Positions 1-10,135 of a DNA stretch of 51,443 nt are shown in pieces. The notes beneath the pieces are model-generated. The model worked only from the letters and a program-made list of their open reading frames with translations, was not told the DNA's origin and made no database searches. The stretch lies in sequence record SRR22947725_3987. One strand, written 5' to 3'. The number at the start of each line of letters is the position of its first letter. Positions within the stretch are counted from its first letter, which is position 1. The position numbers were made by a program, and so were the translations under genes.

Positions 1-562
1 CAACAATTGCCAGACCGCAGCCGAGCACCTCCGAATAAGCATGAGCCATCTTGATGCCGCCTGCGTCAGGACTCACCACCACTAAATCCTTTATGTTCTT
101 CTTGCGAAGATATTCATACATCACGGGCGCCGCATACAGGTGATCCACGGGAATATCAAAGAAACCTTGGATTTGTTGTGCATGCAGATCCATGGTCAAA
201 GCTCGATGTGCTCCGGCACCAACGATGAGATTGGCTACCAGTTTGGCCGTGATGGGAACACGGGGCTGATCCTTGCGGTCCTGCCGCGCATACCCATAAA
301 AAGGAAGTACCGCCGTGATCCTGGAAGCACTGGCTCGTCTCAGCGCATCAATCATGATGAACATCTCCATGAGATGATGATTTGTAGGCGGTGAGGTAGA
401 TTGAAGCACAAAAACATCCTGGCCCCTTACGTTCTCTTCAATTTTAACAAAGGTCTCGCCATCTGGAAATGCACTGACTTTGCAGCGTCCGAGTGGAATC
501 CCCATGTAATCGGTAATCTTGTTCGCCAAAGGGAGATTGGACGTACCGCTAAAAACTTTCAC
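1..562 (-). CDS. prs: Ribose-phosphate pyrophosphokinase (5' part; runs off the window start)
   Basis: Not in the ORF track. Manual minus-strand translation from GTG at 562 gives VKVFSGTSNLPLANKI...LTMDLHAQQIQGFFDIPVDHL...VVVSPDAGG, the hallmark PRPP synthetase motifs. Confidence 0.95.
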   Translation of the reverse strand, partial: MKVFSGTSNLPLANKITDYMGIPLGRCKVSAFPDGETFVKIEENVRGQDVFVLQSTSPPTNHHLMEMFIMIDALRRASASRITAVLPFYGYARQDRKDQPRVPITAKLVANLIVGAGAHRALTMDLHAQQIQGFFDIPVDHLYAAPVMYEYLRKKNIKDLVVVSPDAGGIKMAHAYSEVLGCGLAIV

Positions 563-687
563 AATATATTTAGTATAAGGATGTTCTTTACTCCCAATCA
601 AACCGGAAAAAACGCCAGACTGGATGGGCGGAGATTATTGTCAATTTGTGATCGATCAATCAAGTTAGATTTTACCAAACAACCGAT

Positions 688-1590
688 TCACTCCTTGAGG
701 CGATTACTCTGCTGCCGAAAATAAAAGTTGAGAGAATCATGTTTGGCGAAGTAAAGACTGAAAACCAAGACGCTCATGATAGCCAGGCCAAGGCTGGCAA
801 CGGTGTGATTAAAGGTATTGAAGAGAGCATGAAGCACGGATGGAATACCCAGCCCTACCAAGACGAAATAATATTTCTTTTGACCATGTAAAAAAACAAA
901 TCCCAGAAAAAACCCGGCTATGCCAGTCCACACGGCATGAAGCACAGGTAGTGTTGTCAGGCGCAATAAATTCAAGAACAAATACTCCTCCATACCATCC
1001 GCTAAATCAAAATTAACAGTCATCTGGTAATCCATCCCCTCGTAAATCCCAAAACCGAGACCACAAATCATCCCGTAATAGGCAAAGGTGCTTGGAAACT
1101 TTATATCATGTCGTCTGGAGAGCACGTATAACATGAACACTTTCACTAACTCTTCGGGAAGCGCTACCCAAAGCCAGAAGCCCATAAATCGCTCCAGATG
1201 ACTGGGCGATTGAATAAAATCCAGCGGCAAATTTACGAAGGGCAATTTAAAAAACAGGGAAAGGATGCTCACCGATACCAGCGCAGTACCAACAAAACAA
1301 AATAGAGAAGTGCTGACCCGAATCGCAGGAGCGGGAAACAGATTGTAGAAAAGAATGGACCACAGAACCGAAAAGTATAAACCGGTTAAAAGATAGGCAA
1401 TCTGCGCCTGTATCAGCATCGAAAAAAGCGTCAAAATGACCATCGGCACCACACCGATTGTCGTAATGACCAGAAGATTGCGATTATCGGACTCGCTCAG
1501 CTTCCGTAATTCATCAAAAGGCCAGAGAAGGGAGATGAGAGACCTTGGCTTGACCTTTTCCGTTTCTTCTTTGGAGGCCTGTTCCATCAA
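688..1590 (-). CDS. prsW: PrsW-family intramembrane glutamic/metallo-protease
   Basis: Multi-TM protein with PEELVK, GFGIYEG, HAVWTG and HALFN motifs of the PrsW family. Confidence 0.85.
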   Translation of the reverse strand: MMEQASKEETEKVKPRSLISLLWPFDELRKLSESDNRNLLVITTIGVVPMVILTLFSMLIQAQIAYLLTGLYFSVLWSILFYNLFPAPAIRVSTSLFCFVGTALVSVSILSLFFKLPFVNLPLDFIQSPSHLERFMGFWLWVALPEELVKVFMLYVLSRRHDIKFPSTFAYYGMICGLGFGIYEGMDYQMTVNFDLADGMEEYLFLNLLRLTTLPVLHAVWTGIAGFFLGFVFLHGQKKYYFVLVGLGIPSVLHALFNTFNHTVASLGLAIMSVLVFSLYFAKHDSLNFYFRQQSNRLKE

Positions 1591-1600
1591 ATTTTAAAAT

Positions 1601-1927
1601 TCAATGCTTATCCCGCGGACTAAGCTTGGCCATCCAGTCGAAAAATTGCCCGAGGAAACCCCAATGATTGGGTGATACGGCTCTATCGTTTGAATGCTTT
1701 GATTTTGCCCGAAGCCATCTGGAAAGCAAAAATGCTCCAAACGGTGCCAGCCAGTGCCCCCATCGACGAACGCTTTCTTTTGGAGAGTGATCACTGTTGG
1801 GACCGAATCCGATCTCTCTACTGACGTCCCGCCATCTCTCAGTCAATTCAAGCCGGTGAGTGTCACATTCCAATGCAAGCATTCGCTTGCGCAGCTCATT
1901 CACATTTATTTTTGATCCGAAAAACAT
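1601..1927 (-). CDS. Small YqjK-like protein (true start may be GTG at 1903)
   Basis: Third gene after YqjD- and YqjE-like genes; ELRKRMLALECDTHRLEL coiled segment followed by a hydrophobic stretch. Confidence 0.55.
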   Translation of the reverse strand: MFFGSKINVNELRKRMLALECDTHRLELTERWRDVSREIGFGPNSDHSPKESVRRWGHWLAPFGAFLLSRWLRAKSKHSNDRAVSPNHWGFLGQFFDWMAKLSPRDKH

Positions 1928-2304
1928 GCCTGATCTTTTTTTAATTGAGCGATGGATTCCTCAAACAACGGAGACTCCTTTGATACGATAGATCGAATTC
2001 TCCATACTGAGAGACAAGTAATGATGCCGTAAATCGTTGCTAGAACGAGGGCCCCCTTTCCTCGCCAGTCGTCTGGCAGCAGAAAAACAACGGCTGCAGA
2101 TGCGACTCCAAGGAAGATCAGCCCGAAAATGATCAGGCAAACCAACCAGAACAGCAACTCGACAAGACGAGCCTTTTGCTCTTCCAATTCAAAAAGAAAA
2201 AGCTCCAACCGCGATCTTAAGACGCCAAAAAAAGCATGTATCCATTTGGAACCTGTGTCTCCCAGAACGGATGATTGAGATTGTTTTTCCGGTTCAGCAG
2301 CCAT
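1906..2304 (-). CDS. YqjE / phage-holin-like family membrane protein
   Basis: RLELFLFELEEQK, two TM helices and C-terminal FEESIAQLKKD; adjacent to the DUF883 gene. Confidence 0.8.
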   Translation of the reverse strand: MAAEPEKQSQSSVLGDTGSKWIHAFFGVLRSRLELFLFELEEQKARLVELLFWLVCLIIFGLIFLGVASAAVVFLLPDDWRGKGALVLATIYGIITCLSVWRIRSIVSKESPLFEESIAQLKKDQACFSDQK

Positions 2305-2308
2305 GTTC

Positions 2309-2611
2309 TCAGCGGCGATTGATAAGAAGCCCTATAAATAAGCCTGCCGCCACGGCAATGCCTAGAGTTTCGTAAGGATGCCTGCGGATGACTTGATCCG
2401 TTGCTCGTGCATGTGCAAGTGCTTTCCCTTCAATTGCATCGTAACTGGTTTTGGCCTTTTCAAGAGCATCTTTGACCTTCGCTCGAGCGTTACTGGCTTT
2501 TTCACCTGTTTCCGATGCCGTCGCGCTGATGAGTGCTTCGACGTCTTCGATGATTGACTGCAGCTCAGCCGACAACTGCTCCCGTGGGGCTCTGTGGGTT
2601 ACTTCTTGCAT
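2309..2611 (-). CDS. ElaB/YqjD/DUF883 family membrane-anchored ribosome-binding protein
   Basis: Helical N-terminus and C-terminal TDQVIRRHPYETLGIAVAAGLFIGLLINRR tail anchor. Confidence 0.9.
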   Translation of the reverse strand: MQEVTHRAPREQLSAELQSIIEDVEALISATASETGEKASNARAKVKDALEKAKTSYDAIEGKALAHARATDQVIRRHPYETLGIAVAAGLFIGLLINRR

Positions 2612-2843
2612 GGCTTTCTATCAATTCAGGGATTCAGATATCAAGAGAACCGCCTCTCGTTTAAATCGGGGCTATTATCGGGCTTGTCTTATTCGCTGTC
2701 AACGCAAGTCATGGAACCCTTTTTGTTGCTGAAAGTGACCTCGCTGCTGTTTTATGCCTCAGGGACGAGAAGTTTCAGGATCCTGATGGCTGAAATTGCC
2801 GATTGTTCGACTTCATTGTTCACTGTTTGTAGATAAATCTAAC

Positions 2844-2872
2844 TTGACGGTGTACTCCCATCCATTTAGTTT
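2844..2872 (+). promoter_or_regulatory. Putative sigma70 promoter of the nusA operon
   Basis: TTGACG (2844-2849), 17 nt spacer, TAGTTT (2867-2872). Confidence 0.55.
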
Positions 2873-2910
2873 TCGAGCAACAATTTAAAGTCGCATTGAG
2901 CGGCACGCCT

Positions 2911-2938
2911 GAGTCGGCGATATATGCCGGCTCTTTTT
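2911..2938 (+). terminator. Leader terminator/attenuator upstream of nusA
   Basis: GAGTCGGC-gatatat-GCCGGCTC stem (one G-U pair) followed by TTTTT, between the promoter and the nusA start. Confidence 0.6.
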
Positions 2939-2966
2939 ATTCTCTAAAAAGGGAAAGGAATCGCGC

Positions 2967-4259
2967 ATGAATGCGGATTTATTAGCAATATTGGAATACT
3001 GGGAGCGAGAGAAAGGTATCAGCAAAGATACCTTGCTTGAGGCTGTCGAAGAAGCGTTGATTTCAGCCGCTAAGAAAGCAGTGGGCCCCGCAAGGAATCT
3101 AAGAGTTCAAATAGACCGCAAGAACGGGGATATCAGGGCTTATGCGACTTTGGTCGTCATGGAAAAACCTGAATCAAAGCACGACCATATCTCGCTTGCA
3201 GAAGCCAAGCGATTCCACCCTGAGGCACAGCTCGGTGCCGAGGTTGAAATGGAAGTTACGCCCGAGAATTTTGGTCGTATAGCATCTCAGAACGCCAAAC
3301 AAGCCTTGCTCCAGCATTTACGCAAGGCAGAGAAACAACTGATTTATAGTGAATTCAAAGATCGGACGGGGGATATCGTCAGTGGAACAGTGCGGAGGTT
3401 CGAGCGATCGGATGTTTATCTGGATCTCGGGAAATTCGAAGCACTACTGCCAAACCGCGAACGCGTTCCAACCGAAGAATATCAGGTTGGAGAGCGTGTT
3501 CGCTGTTACGTGAAAGCAGTAGACACTGGGTCACACGGACCTGAGATCATCCTGAGTAGGGCAGACCCCGATTTTGTAGTGAAACTCTTCAAACTTGAGG
3601 TGTCAGAGATAAACGATGGCACCATAGAGGTGAAAGCAATCGCAAGAGAGCCTGGCTACAGAACCAAGCTGGCAGTCTATTCCCGTGACGAAAAAGTGGA
3701 CCCAGTGGGCGCTTGCGTCGGATTGAGAGGCCAACGAGTCAAAAATATTGTTCGAGAGCTGAACAATGAGAAAGTGGACATCATTCCCTGGGATCCTGAG
3801 ATTGAGAATTTCGTAGCTAACGCCCTGAATCCGGCAAAGTTAGAATCGATCAACATCGATGAGGACCGTCGAAGGCTCAATGTGGTTGTCGATGAGGAAC
3901 AGCTGTCTCTGGCCATCGGAAAACGTGGACAGAATGCAAGACTCACCTCCAAATTGTGCGGTTGGCATGTAGATATTCAAGCGAGGGAAGTCAAAACCCT
4001 GGGCTTTGAGGAAAAAGTCGCCGAAGCCATCCATTCATTTGCTGCGATTGATGGAATCTCAGAAGAACAGGCAACCGCCCTTGTCAACAGCGGGTTCCAT
4101 ACATTGGAGGATCTCCTTCAGGTAGAATTGGACGACCTCAGTGAAATACCTGAGATAGCCCAAGATGCCGCAACCATACTGGAGTCGGTTAGAACCGAAA
4201 CGCAAAGTCGGGTATCCGCTGCGGAGAATGAGGAATCATCCTCTGAAGGTGATTCTTAG
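2967..4259 (+). CDS. nusA: Transcription termination/antitermination factor NusA
   Basis: FGRIASQNAKQ, S1 and KH domains, AREPGYRTKLAV, DPVGACVG, LSLAIGKRGQNARL. Confidence 0.98.
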   Translation: MNADLLAILEYWEREKGISKDTLLEAVEEALISAAKKAVGPARNLRVQIDRKNGDIRAYATLVVMEKPESKHDHISLAEAKRFHPEAQLGAEVEMEVTPENFGRIASQNAKQALLQHLRKAEKQLIYSEFKDRTGDIVSGTVRRFERSDVYLDLGKFEALLPNRERVPTEEYQVGERVRCYVKAVDTGSHGPEIILSRADPDFVVKLFKLEVSEINDGTIEVKAIAREPGYRTKLAVYSRDEKVDPVGACVGLRGQRVKNIVRELNNEKVDIIPWDPEIENFVANALNPAKLESINIDEDRRRLNVVVDEEQLSLAIGKRGQNARLTSKLCGWHVDIQAREVKTLGFEEKVAEAIHSFAAIDGISEEQATALVNSGFHTLEDLLQVELDDLSEIPEIAQDAATILESVRTETQSRVSAAENEESSSEGDS

Positions 4260-4342
4260 AGGTCATTTGTAAAATAATCCGAAAATAAGAAAAAGTTTGT
4301 CATAAGCCTCTTCTTCGAGGAGAGGCTTTGATCATAAAATTT

Positions 4343-7003
4343 ATGCCCGTTCGTATATACGACATCGCCAGAAGACTTGGTTTACCAAATAAAGAAGTCA
4401 TTGCCCACGCCAAGAAACTGGGGATTGCCAACGCCAAGGTCCCCTCTAGTTCCATTGACAAAATCACCGCCGAGTACCTGATTAAGGAACTGGGCGGAGG
4501 TAGCAATGGGGCTGAGTCACCGACACCAGACCTTTCTGATGCAAAGCCTGAGGCCGATAATGAGCAGGCAAAAGAGGACAAGGAAAAAGTTGGAAAAGCA
4601 GAACCAGATATAAGAGAGACTGCGGTCCCTGCGGTAGAGAAACAAGCCCCCAGTGAGGAACCGGCAATCAAGGTCATCCATGCTCCGGAGGAGGAAAAAG
4701 AAGAGGTCATAGAGGAACCCTTGAGCGAGGAGCAAAAAGAATCCGGCGACGAGGGCATTGAGCCTGAACCCGAGCAACCCGCTCTGGAAGACTCAACCGA
4801 AACTGCAACAGAAATTAGTGAATCAAGTGAGGAAGATGACACCACAGAAACCTCCTCTCCTGAAAGCGAGCCTGAAAAAGCAATTGAAGTAACTGAACAA
4901 CAGAATACTGAGGCAGAAGCCACCCCAGAGACCAAGGATGAGACGAAACCGGGCTTGGGTGCGAAGGTTGGTTTCATCAAGCTCCCTACGAGATCCGGTC
5001 CATCCAAACAGACTCGACAGGCAGATCGCAAAAAAGAACGGGAACAGAAACGCAAGGCAAAACAGAAAGAGCGTGAAACAACAGGCTCTCAGCAGCAGGG
5101 CAATGCACGCGGCCATGGCGCTGGAAGCTCTCAGGCAGGCGGTAACATCCCATCTCAATCAACCGCAAATAAACCCAAACCTAAGTTCGTACAGAAATAC
5201 AAGGTTCCGGACGAAGGCGAAGTGGTCACTCTCAAGCCACCAATCATCATTCGAGACTTGGCCATTCAAATTAAACGCAAGCCTTTTCAATTGATTGCGG
5301 ATTTGATGGAATTAAATGTTTTTGCAACAGTGAATCAAGCAATTGATGAGCCAGTTGCCAAACAGGTTTGCGCCAAACATGGATTCCGTTTCGAAGTTGA
5401 AAAACGGGAAAAAGGAGCAGGTGTCACAAAGGTCGAAGAAAAAGTCAAACTAGACCACAGTGACAAGGACGAGGATCTCATTAACAGGCCACCAGTGGTG
5501 ACCATCATGGGACATGTTGACCATGGCAAAACGACTCTGCTGGACGTGATTCGCAAGTCTGATGTCACTTCAGGAGAAGCCGGAGGTATCACCCAGCACA
5601 TAGGAGCCTACACGATCCATTTCCCCCACCCTGAACGTCCTGAGGAAATCCAGCAAATCACCTTTCTTGATACCCCTGGTCATGCCGCTTTCAGTGCAAT
5701 GCGTGCACGCGGGGCGAATGTCACCGACATTGTGATCCTGGTGGTTGCCGCAGATGACGGCGTCATGCCTCAAACTCTTGAAGCATTGAATCATGCTAAG
5801 GCTGCTAAGGTCCCCATCATCGTTGCTGTTAATAAGTGCGACCACCCTTCAGCCAATCCTATGAAAGCACGTCAGCAACTTCAGGATCGAGGATTAATGT
5901 GTGAGGAATGGGGAGGTGAAACTATTTTTGCGGACGTTTCTGCTATTACCAAACAAGGTGTTGATTCGCTCCTCGAAATGGTCCTACTGCAGGCAGAAGT
6001 CCTTGAACTCAAGGCAAACCCTAATCGAACGGCAACTGGAAATATCATTGAATCGGGTATGGATCAAGGTGGTCCAACTGCAACAGTGCTGGTGCGCAAA
6101 GGCACGCTCAATGTAGGCGACTCAATGATTTGCGGTCCATTCTGGGGGCGCGTCAAGGCCCTTATCAATGAGGAAGGCAACCGTTTGAAAGTTGCCGATC
6201 CATCCGTGGCAGTCAAGGTCCTGGGATTGAATGGTGTGCCAGAGGCGGGCCTCGAATTCAATGTGGTCAAATCCGAGAAACAGGCACGTAAACTAGCCGA
6301 AGAACGAGCTGAGAACGCAAGAGTCAAATCAGCAGACCGACGCAAAGCAGTCACTTTGGAGAATCTTTTCAACACCCTCAAGGAGGGTTCCAGCAAAACA
6401 CTCAAAGTCGTTATTAAAGCTGATACCCAAGGTTCCTGCGAGGCCATTGTGGATGCTCTTAATGAGATTAATTCTGATAAAGTAGATCTGGATGTCATAC
6501 ACAATGGTGTGGGATCTGTCACAGATTCAGACATCATGCTGGCGTCTGCTTCACAAGCTGTTGTAATTGGTTTTCATACAAAACTGGACACTGGCGTTAC
6601 CGATACGGCCAAGCGCGAAGGAGTCCAGATCAAACTGTATAGCATCATTTACGAGTTGATTGATGAAATGCGGGAGGCCATGGCTGGACTGCTTGATCCA
6701 ATCACGAAGGAAGAAATCACAGGCAAAGCCGAAGTCCGGAAAGTTTTCGATCTCTCCAAAGGGGGTGCGGTGGCAGGTTGCTACGTGGTCGATGGAAAAC
6801 TGGTTCGTGGAAGAACACGAGTTTACCGCCAGGACAAATTATTGTTTGAGGGCCTCATGCAGTCTCTTAGAAGGTTTCAGGATGAGGTCTCTGAGTTGAG
6901 AACGGGCATGGAATGTGGTCTTCGTATTGACGGCTTCACCGGATACAAGGAAGGCGATATCATTGAGACGCATATCCTCGAAAAAGTGGCGCAAAAGCTC
7001 TAG
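4343..7003 (+). CDS. infB: Translation initiation factor IF-2
   Basis: [42 protein letters not shown]; long acidic N-terminal linker. ATG at 4343 preferred over TTG at 4328. Confidence 0.98.
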   Translation: MPVRIYDIARRLGLPNKEVIAHAKKLGIANAKVPSSSIDKITAEYLIKELGGGSNGAESPTPDLSDAKPEADNEQAKEDKEKVGKAEPDIRETAVPAVEKQAPSEEPAIKVIHAPEEEKEEVIEEPLSEEQKESGDEGIEPEPEQPALEDSTETATEISESSEEDDTTETSSPESEPEKAIEVTEQQNTEAEATPETKDETKPGLGAKVGFIKLPTRSGPSKQTRQADRKKEREQKRKAKQKERETTGSQQQGNARGHGAGSSQAGGNIPSQSTANKPKPKFVQKYKVPDEGEVVTLKPPIIIRDLAIQIKRKPFQLIADLMELNVFATVNQAIDEPVAKQVCAKHGFRFEVEKREKGAGVTKVEEKVKLDHSDKDEDLINRPPVVTIMGHVDHGKTTLLDVIRKSDVTSGEAGGITQHIGAYTIHFPHPERPEEIQQITFLDTPGHAAFSAMRARGANVTDIVILVVAADDGVMPQTLEALNHAKAAKVPIIVAVNKCDHPSANPMKARQQLQDRGLMCEEWGGETIFADVSAITKQGVDSLLEMVLLQAEVLELKANPNRTATGNIIESGMDQGGPTATVLVRKGTLNVGDSMICGPFWGRVKALINEEGNRLKVADPSVAVKVLGLNGVPEAGLEFNVVKSEKQARKLAEERAENARVKSADRRKAVTLENLFNTLKEGSSKTLKVVIKADTQGSCEAIVDALNEINSDKVDLDVIHNGVGSVTDSDIMLASASQAVVIGFHTKLDTGVTDTAKREGVQIKLYSIIYELIDEMREAMAGLLDPITKEEITGKAEVRKVFDLSKGGAVAGCYVVDGKLVRGRTRVYRQDKLLFEGLMQSLRRFQDEVSELRTGMECGLRIDGFTGYKEGDIIETHILEKVAQKL

Positions 7004-7028
7004 GGCATCGGCAAAAGTTGATTGATAC

Positions 7029-7388
7029 ATGCAGTCTCTGAGACATCAGCGCATTCGGAAGTTATTGAAGAGGGAGGCAGGAGGTCTGCTAAGACAGCAT
7101 CTCTCTATAGAGACCTATGGATTGGTCTCCGTACATGAAGTGTTTGTTTCGGGTGATTTGAAACACGCGAAAATTCTTCTGGGACATGTCGGCTCCGTCA
7201 CCCAGCAAAAAGCAGCCTCGATCTACCTCTCAACCCACCGAGGTGAAATACAGAAGGAAATGTCTTGCCGAGTGGTCATGAAGTATTCACCTCAGGTCAA
7301 ATTTTCCTTCGATGATTCCATTGAAAAAGGGAACAACGTGCTGAGTATTATTGATGAATTGGAAGATTCCGACGATTCGCCATCATGA
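7029..7388 (+). CDS. rbfA: Ribosome-binding factor A
   Basis: Directly after infB; VSGDLKHAKI and KYSPQVKFSFDDSIEKG motifs. Confidence 0.92.
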   Translation: MQSLRHQRIRKLLKREAGGLLRQHLSIETYGLVSVHEVFVSGDLKHAKILLGHVGSVTQQKAASIYLSTHRGEIQKEMSCRVVMKYSPQVKFSFDDSIEKGNNVLSIIDELEDSDDSPS

Positions 7389-8377
7389 AGTCAGCGCCAA
7401 AATCTGCCATCAGAATCCTGGAAGAGATAAAGAGTCACCAAACGTTCTGCGTCGTGGGACATATTCGCCCGGATGGTGACTGCATTGGATCTCAATTAGC
7501 TTTGACGTTGGCCCTGAAATCCTTGGGTGCAGATGTTGTTTGCTGGAATCAGGATCCATTACCGCCAAAACTTCTTTTCATGGATCCACAAGGGTTATTG
7601 CAACAGCCACAAAAAGGCTACAAGTTTGATTGTGTCATCGCCGTAGACGCGGCCTCGTATGAGAGAATTGGCAGCGTGGTTGATTCTATTACTGAACGAA
7701 AGCTACTGATCAATATTGATCATCACCCAAGCAACACAAGATACGGTGATTTGAATTGGATTGCGTCCAATGCTTCGTCCAGCGGCGAGATGATCTTTCA
7801 ATTGATGAAGGCCGCAAGATGGCCTGTTACCCCGGAAATTGCGGATGGTCTTTTCACTGCAATTTCTACCGACACAGGATCATTTCAATATCCCTCGACC
7901 AGCCCAGATACCTTTCAGACTGCAGGAGAACTCGTCAAACGAGGAGCAAGTATTGCCCGAATTTGTGATGAGGTTTATCAGTCCTACTCGCTGTCTCGAG
8001 TCCGTCTCCTGAGAAGAGTTTACAACCAGTTCAAGTTAACGGCCGAGAACCAGATTGCATATCTCTGGCTCAAGAAATCTGATTACTCCAAGACAGGAGC
8101 AACCAGAGAAGATACGGAGGGATTGATCGATCACATTCGAGCCATAGAACCTGTAGTGGTAGCGTGCCTCTTTGAAGAGGTAGAACCCGGTGAAACGCGA
8201 ATAAGCCTTAGGTCGAAACATCCTGATGTCAATGTGAACGAAATTGCTAAGCTATTTGGCGGTGGAGGCCACAAAGCGGCGTCAGGAGCGCGTATTGAAG
8301 GCAGTCAACTTTCTGTTCAGCGAAAGGTCATCTCGGCCATTCGAAAAGCTCTGAAGACCCTCTCTCCAGAAGAATAA
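7385..8377 (+). CDS. nrnA: DHH/DHHA1 phosphoesterase (NrnA-like oligoribonuclease / pAp phosphatase)
   Basis: HIRPDGDCIGS, IDHH, TDTGSF, SLRS, GGGGHKAASG. Confidence 0.9.
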   Translation: MKSAPKSAIRILEEIKSHQTFCVVGHIRPDGDCIGSQLALTLALKSLGADVVCWNQDPLPPKLLFMDPQGLLQQPQKGYKFDCVIAVDAASYERIGSVVDSITERKLLINIDHHPSNTRYGDLNWIASNASSSGEMIFQLMKAARWPVTPEIADGLFTAISTDTGSFQYPSTSPDTFQTAGELVKRGASIARICDEVYQSYSLSRVRLLRRVYNQFKLTAENQIAYLWLKKSDYSKTGATREDTEGLIDHIRAIEPVVVACLFEEVEPGETRISLRSKHPDVNVNEIAKLFGGGGHKAASGARIEGSQLSVQRKVISAIRKALKTLSPEE

Positions 8378-8409
8378 TCACCCCTAATTTAAAAACGGTA
8401 AATTTTCAG

Positions 8410-9129
8410 ATGGTTAAAAATGCCACTCCGGATGGAATTCTATTGGTAGACAAACCTTCGGGCATGACTTCACATGATGTTGTCGATGCGGTAAGAAAAA
8501 GGTTTAGAATCAAAAAGGTTGGACACTGCGGAACACTGGATCCAAATGCGACAGGTCTTTTGATTCTAGTGTTGGGAAAAGCCACCAAGCTCTCCGAAAA
8601 ACTCATGGGAGAAGATAAAGTTTATACGGGAATCATTGAGCTTGGGCGAGAAACAAACAGTTATGATATCGACGGAGAAACCGTCGCAGAAAAAGACATA
8701 CCTGATCTATCAACAGAGCGACTCAACGAATTCACCCAGGCTTTCAAGGGGGATCAAATGCAAATCCCCCCCATGGTTTCTGCCATTAAAAGAAACGGTG
8801 TCCCTCTCTACAAATTAGCACGCAAGGGAATTGAAGTGGAAAGACCTCCTCGGCTCATCCACATTTATTACTTCCGAATCAAAACCTATCAACGACCAGA
8901 ATGCGAATTTGAGGTTGCATGCACAAAAGGCACCTACGTTCGAAGTCTGGCGCAGGATCTTGGACAAAACATCGGCTGTGGCGCCCACTTGAAAACGCTC
9001 CGTCGCACTGTTTCCGGTAATTTTAAGATCGAGGCAGCGATACGTCTGGATGACATTCTTGCGTGCGATATGGGATCATTGATGGCATCTTTGCTGCACC
9101 CCTCCCTCGCCGACTCAGCAAGGCCATGA
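8410..9129 (+). CDS. truB: tRNA pseudouridine(55) synthase
   Basis: DKPSGMTSHDVV, KVGHCGTLDPNATG, CTKGTYVRSL. Confidence 0.97.
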   Translation: MVKNATPDGILLVDKPSGMTSHDVVDAVRKRFRIKKVGHCGTLDPNATGLLILVLGKATKLSEKLMGEDKVYTGIIELGRETNSYDIDGETVAEKDIPDLSTERLNEFTQAFKGDQMQIPPMVSAIKRNGVPLYKLARKGIEVERPPRLIHIYYFRIKTYQRPECEFEVACTKGTYVRSLAQDLGQNIGCGAHLKTLRRTVSGNFKIEAAIRLDDILACDMGSLMASLLHPSLADSARP

Positions 9130-10088
9130 TGGCAGAAAGTGTAGCGATGCGCATGAAAACTATTCAACACTTCGAGGCATTACCTACAGGGGAGCAACCT
9201 GTATTTTGTGCTATCGGAATGTTTGACGGTTTACATCTCGGTCATCAGTCGGTCCTGAAACACCTCATCGACCAGGCCAGATCTACAAAAGGGCTCTCCG
9301 TCGTCCTTACGTTTCAGACCCACCCCGCAGAGCTACTGACTCCCGACCGATCGCCTAAACTTATTTATCCGACTGATTACAAACAAGCACTCCTCGAATC
9401 AATCGGTGTGGATATTGCGTGGATGATTCCTTTTGACAAGCGCTTGAGTCAAATGTCCGCAGAAGATTTTGTGGAGAAGATCAGGCATTATACGCATAAT
9501 TTATCAGGGATAAGTGTTGGGTCCAATTTCTCCTTCGGCAGTCGGCGAAAGGGCAATGTAGATCTTCTCAAAGACTGCGGAAAGCATCACGGATTTCAGG
9601 TAGAAGGGAAAGTTCCTCTTCATTATGGAGAAGACTTGGTCAGCAGCACGCGCATCAGGCATTTAATTCAATCTGGAAACATCGAAATGACCTCGAGATT
9701 ACTCGGAAGGCCTTACTCCCTCATGGGGCAGGTCATTTCGGGAGATGGACTTGGCCGGAAACTAGGTTTCCCAACCGCAAACCTGGACTGCCAGCGACTC
9801 GCACTTCCGCCCCTGGGCGTATACGCCATCACTTGCAATATCGAAGGTCAGGAACGCGGTGGAGTTTTGAATATAGGGAAACGACCAACTCTCAACCATA
9901 CTGATCCCAAGCTTCAGGTGGAGGCTCATTTCTGGGATTTTGAGATGAACCTTTATGACAAACGCATTGGACTGGAAATCAAGGGAAGATTGAGGGGCGA
10001 ACGTCGTTTTCCTGACGTTGATTCACTGAAATCACAAATAAAGAAGGATATCAAAAACGCTCAATGTATGCTTGAAGGAATCCGTTGA
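9126..10088 (+). CDS. ribF: Bifunctional riboflavin kinase / FAD synthetase
   Basis: IGMFDGLHLGHQ, VSSTRIR, GRKLGFPTAN, VEAH. ATG at 9126 overlaps the truB stop (ATGA). Confidence 0.96.
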   Translation: MMAESVAMRMKTIQHFEALPTGEQPVFCAIGMFDGLHLGHQSVLKHLIDQARSTKGLSVVLTFQTHPAELLTPDRSPKLIYPTDYKQALLESIGVDIAWMIPFDKRLSQMSAEDFVEKIRHYTHNLSGISVGSNFSFGSRRKGNVDLLKDCGKHHGFQVEGKVPLHYGEDLVSSTRIRHLIQSGNIEMTSRLLGRPYSLMGQVISGDGLGRKLGFPTANLDCQRLALPPLGVYAITCNIEGQERGGVLNIGKRPTLNHTDPKLQVEAHFWDFEMNLYDKRIGLEIKGRLRGERRFPDVDSLKSQIKKDIKNAQCMLEGIR

Positions 10089-10135
10089 TGCTCAAAGAAA
10101 AAAGCCCTGCTCGTCTGGCAAACGTAAACTGACTT

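Noticed and set aside
140-724. Plus-strand ORFs 140-394 and 401-724
   Set aside because: Antisense shadows of prs, which is clearly encoded on the minus strand.
4300-5055. 251-aa Ser-rich minus-strand ORF
   Set aside because: Antisense of the Glu-rich IF-2 linker; its composition is explained by reverse-complemented GAA/GAG codons.
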